The notes under the pieces are model-generated. The model was given only the letters and a program-made list of their open reading frames with translations, did no database searches and was not told where the DNA came from. From the human T2T-CHM13v2.0 reference genome, Homo sapiens, in assembly GCF_009914755.1 (NCBI RefSeq), contig NC_060937.1: DNA of 64,000 nt; one strand, 5' to 3'. The translations under genes were made by a program, and so were the position numbers. Shown one piece after another: positions 49,669 to 64,000 of this stretch (position 1 is its first letter; each line of letters opens with the position of its first letter).

Positions 49669-51060
49669 TGAGCCACCACACCTGGCCTACCCTCTGGAAT
49701 TTCTTAAGCAAGAGCATAATTAGATAAGCATGCATTGCTGGAAGAGAGTGTCTAGAGAGGAAAGGAATGCAGGGGTAAGAGAGGAGGGAAGGAAGAAAAA
49801 GAAGGTGATTAAAATATATTTTAAAAACTGAGGTCCCCAGTTACAGATGCATTGCCAAATCCAAAGTCGTGAAAACTTATTCCTGTGTTAAGAATTTTAT
49901 GGGCCAGGCACAGAGGCTCATGCCTGTAATCTCAGCATTTTGGGAGGCCGAGGCGGACAGATCTCTTGAGCCCAGGAGTTTGAAACCAGCCTGGCCAACA
50001 TGCCGAAACCCCATCTCTACTAAACAATACAAAACTCAGCTGAGCATGGTGGTGCCCACCTGTAATCTCAGCTACTTGGGAGGCTGAGCGATGAGAATCA
50101 CTTGAACCCGGGAGGCGGAGGTTGCAGTGAGCCAAGATCGCGCCACTACTCTGCAGCCTGGGCGACCCTGTCTTAAAAAAAAAACAACCAAAAAGAAAAA
50201 AAAAGCTGTGGGGTAAGACACTGGGTTTGAATTTCAGCTGAACTACCCATTAGCTGTGTGATCTTTGACTAGTTACTTTATCTAGAAGCTTTAGTCTCCT
50301 CATCTATAAAATGGGTAATACTACCTAGTTCATGGGGATGTTGTAAATATTAATGATGAACTAATAAATGCAAAGATTTAGACAGCGCATGGCACATTGT
50401 AAAGCAGTTGATGAATGTAATTCTTTTGATTTCCCTTTAACCATTTAAAAATATAGAACAATTCTTAGATCACAAGGTGAGCAAAAACAGGAGGCAGGCC
50501 CTGCTGTAGTTTGCTGACCCCTGATACAGAGAGATGGACTCTTGTATCTGGTGGAGTGTAAATTGGAGCATTTTTTCTGGAAGGCACTTGGCAGTGTGTT
50601 TTAATCTTTAAATGGCTTGCCTTTTTTTTTTTTGAGATGGGATTTCACTATGTTGCCCAGGCTGGCTTCGAACTCCTGAGCTTAAGCGATCCTCCCACTT
50701 CAGCCTGTCAAGTATCTGGGACTCTAGGTGCCTACTACCACGCCTGGCTGCCATCAACCCTGGAAATGGCTAGGTTTTTTTTACCCCATTGACCTCCTTT
50801 CTGGGAATTTATTCTAACAACTTAATAAGAGATACACAGGGATATTACAGCTTTATTTATAAGTACAAAAAAAATGGAAAAGGGAGCGTTTTTGTACTAT
50901 TTTTTGTTGTATTTGTATGATGGAATAATCTTAAGTCACTAAAGAGCGTTTGAAAAGTTATAACAAAAAGTGCTTGATACGTAAGTGAAAAAGCAATATT
51001 AAAAATTATAGTATTATCCTAATGTTTTAAAAACATTCTAAATATGTATTAATGTAATAG

Positions 51061-52139
<1,079 letters not shown>

Positions 52140-52190
52140 TAATCAAGTTAGCAATCTGCTTTATTTGCCTCCTTTTATTTTCTATAACAG

Positions 52191-52346
52191 GGTAAAGTTC
52201 TTTACAAAGTTCGCTGGAAAGGCTATACATCGGATGATGATACCTGGGAGCCCGAGATTCACCTGGAGGACTGTAAAGAAGTGCTTCTTGAATTTAGGAA
52301 GAAAATTGCAGAGAACAAAGCCAAAGCAGTCAGGAAGGATATTCAG
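52191..52346 (+). CDS. MPHOSPH8: MPHOSPH8 coding exon 2: chromodomain core
   Basis: Pyrimidine tract and ...ataacAG acceptor; translates GKVLYKVRWKGYTSDDDTWEPEIHLEDCKEVLLEFRKKIAENKAKAVRKDIQ (chromodomain YKVRWKGY...TWEP signature); donor CAG|GTACTA; 156 nt, phase 0/0. Confidence 0.97.
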
Positions 52347-55300
52347 GTACTATGTTTTGTCTCATATTTGTTTTTACATACATAAATTTATTGTAAATTT
52401 TAACTCTCAAAGTATGTGTAGTAAATGATTTACAAATAACAAAGTGTACCGTATTCTTTAGTGTAAATTCCATGTAGCCAATTCTCACAGACTGCTTTCA
52501 GTGATTTTTGCTGGGTTCTTCTTTCTGTACCCAACCTACAGTTGCAGTTGACAAACAAGAATAGTTTGGAGATGAATATTGATATTTTCCTTTAAGTTAA
52601 GAGTAAGGTCAAGGTGGAGAAAAAAGAGACATGCCAAACTATCATTTGTTCGTCCATGACATGAGCAACTTGTTTTTGTATATTTATTCTGCATTATTAA
52701 CTATGTCTTATGCCTGCTTTTTCTGCTAGTTAAAACAAATTATCTGGTGAGGACCTGGTTTAAAAAAAAAAAAAACAACTTAGAACTATATAGTGAAGAT
52801 ATCTCACATTAAGAGAATGATTCTCATGATTTTATAGGCTGAACATTGATCTTTCTCCCTACAATTTAAGTTTCAACTATGTTTTTTAAAATACCTAGTC
52901 TTTTCTTAAATGACCAAAACAATATTAGTTTTGACTGTGTGTAGTAGTTGTTAATAATAATAGCAATAACAGAAGTGCCTGGCATTTATTGAGCATGTGT
53001 GTATACTACATAACTACCATACACTGGGTCAGCACTGGTTTAGTAAGTGAAGCAATCACTTAGTAAAACAGGTGTATTTATAAGATGACCACTGGTCTGT
53101 CATGAGCTTTGAGTGATGTTACGTGACACTAATGGACTTCTACTGAACTGTTTTGTCAACATCGTAGTATTTTTAGCTTTTTTTTCTTTTTTGAGTAAAC
53201 ATGGAGTGTCTCATAGGGGCCAGACCCCTAAACAGTTACAGTTACGGAAAGATAGGTAAAATCTATTTTCTGCGCTTGATCTGTCTTCAGGTTATACGTA
53301 GATGTATGATTTTTTTCTTTTCTTCTCATTTATTTTTAAATACAGTCTTGCTTCTGTCACCCAGGCTGGAGTGCAGTGGCACAGTCATGGTCCACTGCAG
53401 CCTCAACCTCTGGGTTCAAGTGACAATCCTCCCACCTCAGCCTCCCAAGCAGCTAGGACTATAGATACACGCCACCAGGCCTGGCTAATTTTTTTTCTTT
53501 TTTCCAGAGACAGGGTCTCTCTCTATTGATCAGGCTGGTAGGAACTCCTGGCCTCAAGTAATCCTCGCACCTCGGCCTCCCAAAGTGTTGGTTGGGATTA
53601 CAGGTGTGAGCCACTGTGCCCGACCTGATTTTTCTTTTAAAGATGGTACCATATACTAATTTTGCCCTTTGCCCTTCCTTTAAAATAATCTTTTATTAAT
53701 ACATATTTTATTCAGAAAACAAATATGGGTATTTTTTTTGGCACCAGTACATTTTCAGAGATTCTTTTATTCAACATGTTACTATTGGTGCTAAAACTGT
53801 TGTACATTTAGCTGGAACCCCTTCATACCAGCCCCTGTGTCCTGGCGCTCCCACTCAGGGTAGCACTGCTCTCTTTTTTGGCACAGTGGCACATCCCAGC
53901 CTCAATAAATCCATGCTGACCTCTGTAACTCGGCCTGTCACCACAGTGTCACCACAGAGACCTACGTGTTCTCCCTTTTCCTACCAGGAGAACTCTGGTC
54001 ACAACAGTATTGCATGTCCTCATTTACTAAATCTTACAATACAGAGAAATTAACCTCAGATTTGCTATGCCCTTTCTACTGTGAATGACAAACAGTATTT
54101 GTTAATCTATTTGATAAAGTTCCACATTCATTTGTAGTTCTTTTTGTTCTTAGAATATATGCACTGTTTAATGTTCAGAAGTTACTTGAATTTTTTTTTC
54201 TGTGTGGTTATCAATTTTATAAACAGGTTCATTTGTCTGTTTGTATTCAGTTTTAGGGTTCCTCCATCCTTGCCGATGCAATTTTGTTGAGTATGTAAAA
54301 TACTTAATGTGGTTCAAAGGATAAAACTAGAAATTAACTAGGACCTATCTTCTCCCTGCCCTCTCTCTCCCTCTATATCTAATTTGAAATACTGTCCTTT
54401 ACTCCCAGTTAATAACTATAATCAGCAAGCATAATATTCCTTTAATATGTTCTCACCACATCTCCCTGTTATTTCCTAGATACACTGTACCTTGTTAGAA
54501 CATTTAGTCACACATACTACAGTCTCTCTTATAACCCTCATTCAGTCTTAGTCCTAGAAGCAAATACATAATTAATGCTTTCCACCAGTCCTTATGGTGA
54601 TGTTTGTCCAGTCATTTTTGGTTATCTGAAGTTCATGCTTTAGTACCGGACGTCTCAAAGTGTGGACTCCGGCAGGAGCATCAGTCCCCAGCAGAGGTGC
54701 ATGCAAGAGTTTGCAACCCACCTCTGTGGTAGGAAGGCTCTTGAGAACAATATTCACTGACTTCTTTTGTTTCCTAACAGTGTGTTGGCAGCCTTTCTAT
54801 CTGAATGCCAGTTGCAGATTCCTTAGTGCACATTTTCTTTTCTCAGGTGTCTTACTGTGTTAATCCATTGTTATCTGGCACAAAACATTGCTCTTGATGA
54901 CCAGTTGAGTTTATTTGTCTTGTAAGTGACTTGGGGTCTTTTTGCCTGATGCTCCAAAGTTTTTGTTTGTTTTCTCTTCTGTTTTATAGACATGTCTTTT
55001 TGGTATGCTTTTATTGCTTTTAGGATAGTCAACCTGGCTAATTAAAAAAAAATTTTTTTTTAGATCTTTTGTTTCTGTCTTCTCTGGCCTACTTGGTTTG
55101 GAATCTAATCCTAGCAGTTTTTCCTCCTTGTGGGGCTTGGTCCTGGAAGTCCTGAGGAGAGCTTCACTGGTCCCTTTTGCAGGGCCTGGGAGGGGTCAGC
55201 CACCTCTCCCCTTCTCCGCCTTGCCCAGTGCACAGCAGGCCCCACCCCACAGCTGCTCTCTCAGGCAGCAGCAGCCTGGGCTTTTCCAGATTGTTGCCTT

Positions 55301-56518
55301 CGCTTCCCCTGAGTGACCATCCACACCACATGGGCCTTACCACTGTTTTAGTTTTGGTAAGGCCTGTGTGGTAGGGACTTGGGACTTACTAAAACCAAAA
55401 GCTGTCTGTGGGGAGTTTTGTTTTGCTGTCCTAGTTGCCTTGTTTTTTATGAGGTGATTCAGGGAGATTGGAAAGGTTAAGCCAGTGCCACCATATTCCC
55501 ACTTGTTAACCTTGGTGGTGTCCATTTCTTAGGCAGTGCAGGGAAGACATTTTTAAAGTATATCTGGCCAGGCGCCGTGGCTCACCCCTGTAATCCTAGC
55601 ACTTTGGGAGGCCGAGAGGTCAGGGGTTCGAGACCAGCCTGGACAACATGATGAAACCCTGTCTTTACTAAAAATACAAAAATTAGCAGGGTGTGGTGGC
55701 ACGTTCCTCTAATCCCAGCTATTCGTGAAGCTGAGGCAGGAGAATCGCTTGAACCCAGGAGGCAGGGGTTGCAGTGAGTCACTGCACTCCAGCCTGGGTG
55801 ACAGAATGAGACTCTGTCTCAAAAAAAAAAAAAAAAAGCTATCGTTTCCATCCCTTCTCTCTACCCCCAAGTCATTTAGGATAAGGTGGTTTTGGGAAAT
55901 GGGAACAGAAAATACTTTGCATAGTGTTTTTGTGTTTATACGAGTACTTTATTCTTAAGTTTCTTTTTTTCAATTTTAAAATAGGAAAATATTTTTTCAT
56001 AAGCAATATTTCAGATAACACATGAACTTGGGAAGTAAGATTTGTGTGCAGTCTTGCTTGTTCTGTACATAACTGTCAAACGTAGGAGCAAGTTTAAGGA
56101 CATTCCAGGATCCAGGGTCTTAGAAAACGTTTTGTATTTGCATTGGTAACTACTTTGTTGGCAGCCAAGAAAGTCTGTAAAAATTACTTTCTTGGTGGTT
56201 TTGGAAATGTTGAAATTCAAATCATTTATAGCCCACCATACCTGAGTCCTTTCACTCCCACTTTGGGTTGGGCGCTCAGCAGCACTGAGTTTCTGTGCAC
56301 CCCTGCCTTCCAGACTCACACTTGCCCTCACCGCCAAGACCTGTTTGCTGAGTCAGAGATAGAGGTAGCATACGATTTCAGCTTAGGTAAGCAGTTTTAA
56401 GAAGTTGAGATTCTGCTTGGAACAAAAAATATTCTTACCAAATTTCATTAGTACTACTTTTCAAAACCTTTAAAATCAATATGTTAATGAATATTTTAAT
56501 CTGTTTTGTATTTTATAG

Positions 56519-57367
56519 AGACTATCCTTAAATAACGACATATTTGAGGCGAACTCTGATAGCGATCAGCAAAGTGAGACAAAAGAAGATACTTCCCCAA
56601 AGAAGAAAAAGAAAAAATTGAGGCAGAGAGAAGAGAAAAGCCCAGATGATCTGAAAAAGAAAAAAGCAAAGGCCGGGAAGCTAAAAGACAAGTCCAAACC
56701 AGACCTGGAGAGCTCCTTGGAAAGTTTAGTTTTTGATTTAAGGACAAAGAAAAGAATTTCTGAAGCCAAAGAAGAACTAAAGGAGTCCAAAAAGCCCAAA
56801 AAAGATGAAGTAAAAGAAACAAAAGAATTAAAGAAAGTTAAAAAGGGTGAAATAAGAGATTTAAAGACGAAAACAAGAGAAGATCCCAAAGAAAATAGAA
56901 AAACAAAAAAAGAAAAATTTGTCGAATCCCAGGTGGAATCTGAATCAAGTGTACTTAATGATTCTCCCTTTCCAGAGGATGACAGTGAAGGGCTACATTC
57001 CGACAGCAGAGAAGAGAAACAAAACACTAAAAGTGCAAGAGAGAGAGCAGGGCAGGACATGGGGCTGGAGCATGGCTTTGAGAAGCCCCTAGACAGTGCC
57101 ATGAGTGCTGAGGAGGATACCGATGTCAGAGGCAGGAGGAAAAAGAAGACCCCGAGAAAGGCTGAGGACACTAGAGAGAACAGGAAGCTAGAGAACAAGA
57201 ACGCTTTCTTAGAGAAGAAAACTGTGCCTAAAAAGCAGAGGAATCAAGACAGAAGCAAAAGTGCTGCAGAGTTAGAGAAGCTGATGCCTGTATCTGCCCA
57301 AACGCCAAAGGGCCGGAGGTTGAGCGGGGAAGAGAGAGGCCTCTGGTCCACGGACTCAGCCGAGGAG
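56519..57367 (+). CDS. MPHOSPH8: MPHOSPH8 coding exon 3: long Lys/Glu-rich low-complexity region
   Basis: Acceptor ttttatAG|AGACTATCC (RLSLNNDIFEANSDSD...); same frame as track ORF 56618..57487; ends ...WSTDSAEE with donor GAG|GTAAGG; 849 nt, phase 0/0. Confidence 0.96.
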
Positions 57368-58497
57368 GTAAGGGCCACGGGAGGCAGCAGAAAACCCATG
57401 TTGAGTGGTCAAGACATTTCACAAGCAAGGAAAGGGAAACAGTCAAGCTATGAGAAAGTGTTTATGACCATGGGCGGTCATAAATGAAGATCCTCCAGCT
57501 TTTGGACACCGCAGCTTATCTCTTAGTCTCTGGTTTGTTTCTCTTAGAATGATTATGACTAGAAAATTAAAGGCTAATTTGTGAACAAAAATCAGGATGG
57601 TTTTTAGAGGTACTCAGATGATATATGGAGCATTGTATACTCAGGTTTATAGCTTCATCAGCTTATTTTATTAACTTTTCACATCCTGCTTGGTCATTTC
57701 CCCTGTTGTCTTGAGTATACCACTATTAAATAATAGGACACAAACTACATTAACCAGTATTTTAATGCTTTTTAAAATGTATTTAATAGGGAATTTGTCC
57801 CATTATAAAAATTATTTTTATATGGCTTTGCAAAATGGATATATTTTCCAAATTATGAGAGTATTTATATATGCAATATTTATCAAGGGCTATAAAAAAC
57901 ATCATTTTTTTCATCCATTATTTCCAGTTTTGGGAATGTATTTTAAGGAAATCATTTTAAAGAAGGAAAAGCTGTGCATACATAGTTATTTATGGCAGTA
58001 TTATCTTCATTAGTGCTACAGCAAAATAGAACAACTTAGAAAATGCAGTGGAGAAGAAAACCCTACATAAATGTGAACACAGTCATGTAAAAATATGTGT
58101 GTAATGTAAACAAAAATGAATTTTAAAAAAGATTATCCATGTAAAAGTACGAGGACCAGAAGGGGGAACATGGAGAAGTACAATAGTCATGGTTGGTTAA
58201 GACTATGGGTGGAAAACTTTCTTATAATTTTCTTTTTTTTTTTTTAATAATAAAATTCCTAAAAGAGGGTTGGAAAACTGATGTTGGGTTTGGAATTTGA
58301 TATTTTGTGAATTATTATATGGTTGACTGAGGAAGCAAAATTCTTTTGTGTGAAGAGGATTTAATGATCAGTTATCATGTACCACAGTATACAAGGGTGA
58401 TTCCCTGAAGCCACAAACCTGTATTTTCCGGTTCTCAAATAAATTTACAGTGTCAACTCTTTATCCATTCTTGTTTTGGATATCATGTCATTTTCAG

Positions 58498-58597
58498 GAC
58501 AAAGAAACCAAAAGAAATGAATCCAAAGAAAAATATCAGAAAAGGCATGATTCTGACAAGGAAGAAAAAGGCAGAAAAGAGCCAAAAGGATTAAAGA
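58498..58597 (+). CDS. MPHOSPH8: MPHOSPH8 coding exon 4
   Basis: Acceptor ttttcAG|GAC; translates DKETKRNESKEKYQKRHDSDKEEKGRKEPKGLK; donor AGA|GTGAGT; 100 nt, phase 0/1. Confidence 0.94.
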
Positions 58598-60078
58598 GTG
58601 AGTGTAAATATTAACGTTTTGCCATTTACGTTGCTATCTTTTATACAAATAACCAGTTACCTAAATTTATTATATAAAAATTTATATAATTTTTTTTCCT
58701 TATTTTCACCTTGTTTTTCCTTTTTAATATGATGAGGGATCTGATTAGAATTACTGAGACTGGAAATTAGTTGTGGCAGAAAAATAAATGTGTTTTTATA
58801 GCAAGATGCTAAATTTTAAAAAACCTTTTAATATATTCATTATATGTAACTCTGTGTCATTTGTGTAAATATAATATTGAATACGCATTTTGGATCACTT
58901 CAAGATAGACCATAATAGAAAATCCATTATATATATAAATATTGGAACAAATACTTTATATTTCTTGAAAACAAACAAAAAAACACCATTACAGTGTTTG
59001 AATAAACCCTAGCAGATAAATATTTAGTTTCTGTAGCAAAAGTACTTGGAACACATGTTTTCTGGCAAACAGTGGTTCTAAGAGATGGATGCTTTTCCTT
59101 AGGTTTTCTTACTGAAAGCTGTATGTAACTGAAGTAATATTAAAAGTAAGTTTTTTTCTAAGCCTAGGCTGGTTTTGGCAGTAGAAGCAGGTGAATGAAG
59201 TGGCAGGAGCAGTGGCTGTTTCAGTGGGTCACACATAAAGTGGCTGTAAGACTGTTGTTCAAAGCAAAACAAAAATCTTAAATGCCTTCTATTCTTCAAA
59301 GAATGACTAGAGGTTCAAAATACTGTAAAACTGGACCTGGCCTTGTTAACCTTTTTTCCTCCTAGTATCTTGTATGTCAGTTTCAGATACATTTTTACTG
59401 TGAACATACAGCCTTAAATGGAACTACTGTTTGTCCCATTCATAAGGGTACTCACTAGAGTCCAGTTTTCAATATTCCCTGATAATAAAACCTGTCTGCT
59501 GTGTACCCAGAGTTTATAATAGAATTCATCCTAATTCTCTTCTTTTTGGGGTTATTTCTTATGTCAGGTCTAGTACCTGCCAGTTTTCTTCCCACTTTCT
59601 TCTTTAGTTAAAAGCTGGTAGCGTCAGGTACAGTTTTACCAGGTACACAGGCAGTGCTCTGGCACCCTGCTGTTTCCCTCACTTGCCACCAGAAGCCATT
59701 TTGGTACAAGCTTCAACATCCAGCTATAGACAGTCTGGTGTCTTTAGCTGTGGGAAAGGTGCTGGTGTGACTTGGATCACTCTGAGACTCACTGCCTTCA
59801 GTAGGCCTTTGTCACAACTGCAGGTGAGTAGTTCAGAACATCTGCTTAACAGCCATTCACACTGGACATCCTTTCTGAATATTGAGCAGCCAGTAGAAAG
59901 ACCAGCTGAAACGATTTTGTGGCTTTGACAGTAAATCAGACCAGGCTTTATAAGCAAGGTAGATGTTAGTAAAAATTAAGAAAATATCTTGTTGCTTTAA
60001 CACTAAGTTAGATTTTCTTTTGAATGTAACAGAAATTTGTGACTCATACTTAACCATCTATTTTAATTTTTTCGTTAG

Positions 60079-60336
60079 CACTTAAGGAAATCAGAAATGC
60101 ATTTGATTTATTTAAATTAACTCCAGAAGAAAAAAATGATGTTTCTGAGAATAATCGGAAAAGGGAAGAAATACCACTGGATTTTAAAACCATAGACGAT
60201 CACAAAACCAAGGAAAACAAACAGTCACTTAAAGAAAGGAGAAACACCAGAGACGAAACGGATACTTGGGCATACATTGCTGCAGAAGGTGATCAGGAGG
60301 TTTTAGACAGCGTGTGCCAAGCAGATGAGAATTCAG
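60079..60336 (+). CDS. MPHOSPH8: MPHOSPH8 coding exon 5 (gene continues beyond the window)
   Basis: Acceptor ttcgttAG|CA completes the split Thr codon (A|CA); translates TLKEIRNAFDLFKLTPEEKND...DSVCQADENS; donor CAG|GTGAGT; 258 nt, phase 1/1. Confidence 0.94.
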
Positions 60337-61496
60337 GTGAGTTTGGAATCATTTTGCAGAATTTTTCAAGGTAGTGCACCATATTATTTTACTGTACTCT
60401 TCTCTGTATTTCTGATCTCAACGATCAAAAAATAATGGAGTCGAAGAGTTTATTTGGATCTCCTGAATAAATAACATTTTATATTGAAGACGGGTCATTC
60501 TGTGACTTCTCAATGGATCAAACAATTTTTCTGAGTTCCTATAATGTTCTCAGCACGTATAGAAATTAAAAGATTTCTGATTTTCTACCTTACCTACTCT
60601 TACCTGGCAGCCCCATTTTATATCTTACTATTTAATAGATTTCTTTCAGGAAATTATCAAATATAAACTTATTTGTATTTTACCCTTTTAATGTTGTAGC
60701 AAGTAACACTAAATAAGATTATATTATAAATGCTGTCCTGAGGACATTGGAGCTGGTCAAGAAGAAGAATACAGACTACAGTAGTGGTGGGGAGGAGGAG
60801 TGCTAAAAAGTGTACATACATGTTTATAACTAGGACCTAATAAATCAGAGAGGTTAGTCTAATAAAACTTTGTATAATTTGTGAATCTTGAGAAACAGTT
60901 GAGAATTGAAAAATTCGGAATATATGACAGACTAGATCGCCTGGGAAACCCTTATACTACAAAAATGACTATATCTTGGATACCGAGGGAAAATGTGCTT
61001 TTGGATATATTGCTGAGCTTGCAGGAAATTAGGGTAATTTCTGGTACCAGTGGGCAAGGAGGAAGAGGTATGTCGCCCAGAGGGCAGATGCCAAATAGTA
61101 ACACTGCTGTTGAGATACCAGGCAGTAAAAAACAGATACAGTAGGGGAACATCAGTAAAGCCAGAAGTGGATTCCTGGTTTTCTATAAAATAAGCCTCTG
61201 ACACAGTTTGTTGAGAACAAAAGAAACACATGAAAAAGAGGTACGATTACAGGTTGTGTACAGATTTAAAAGATGAAAGAATTCTATGAGCAATTTCTTA
61301 CCAGTTGATTTGAAAACTAGCTAGGCGGCCAGGCACAGTGGCCTGTAGTCCCAGCACTTTGGGAGGTTGAGGCAGGTGGATTGCCTGAGCTCAGGAGTTG
61401 GAGACCAGCCTGGGCGACACAGTGAAACCCCATCTCTACTAAAATACAAAAACTTAGCTGGGCGTGGCAGTGTGCACCTGTATTCCCAGCTACTCA

Positions 61497-61646
<150 letters not shown>

Positions 61647-61912
61647 CTATAGTCACAGCTACTCTGGAGGCGAGGCAGGAGGATCAATAAGCCCAGGAGT
61701 TTGAGGCTATATTATGCTAAGATTGTACCTGTGAATAGCCACTGTACTCCATCCTGGTCAACATAGCAAGACTTCATCTCTAAAATTGAAAAAGAGGTTT
61801 GAAAACTGAATGACATGGGAAAATTCCTTGGGAAAAAAATAATGAGACTGATCCAAAAAAGACTGAATAGTCACAACTGTTAAAGAACATGAGGGCTGGG
61901 CACGGCGGCTCA

Positions 61913-64000
<2,088 letters not shown>

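Noticed and set aside
56566-57198. 210-aa Phe/Ser/Leu-rich ORF on the - strand
   Set aside because: Antisense shadow of the A/G-rich MPHOSPH8 exon 3.
57368-57487. Extension of the exon-3 ORF into intron 3
   Set aside because: Strong GAG|GTAAGG donor and no nearby canonical AATAAA seen; A-rich exon 3 would also cause internal-priming artefacts.

Overview
Primate, most likely human, genomic DNA; the exons encode a protein I recognise as human MPP8. The only protein-coding gene I can support is the 5' part of MPHOSPH8 (MPP8, the H3K9me3-reading chromodomain subunit of the HUSH retroelement-silencing complex). Its CpG-island promoter is at ~43.3-44.3 kb and coding exons 1-5 lie on the + strand (43826-60336), all with GT-AG boundaries and consistent phases. 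The rest is dense retroelement sequence: dozens of Alus; a full-length but disrupted L1PA4/5-like element (- strand, ~21.8-28.0 kb); the 5' end of a sense L1PA7/8-like element in intron 5; a 968-bp HERV-K(HML-2) LTR5_Hs solo LTR with a perfect TSD; an LTR22 (HML-5) LTR; an internally deleted HML-3/MER9 provirus nested in a MaLR LTR that is itself nested in an Alu; and LTR8, THE1 and DNA-transposon fossils. A second strong CpG island (~11.8-12.75 kb) looks like a promoter and first exon but has no recognisable gene body. I see no clearly new molecular system. The best leads are (i) possible retroelement-linked autoregulation or truncation of the HUSH gene itself, (ii) the orphan promoter beside LTR5_Hs, and (iii) several DNA-repair or insertion scars. 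Repeat subfamily names come from remembered consensus sequences and need RepeatMasker/Dfam confirmation.
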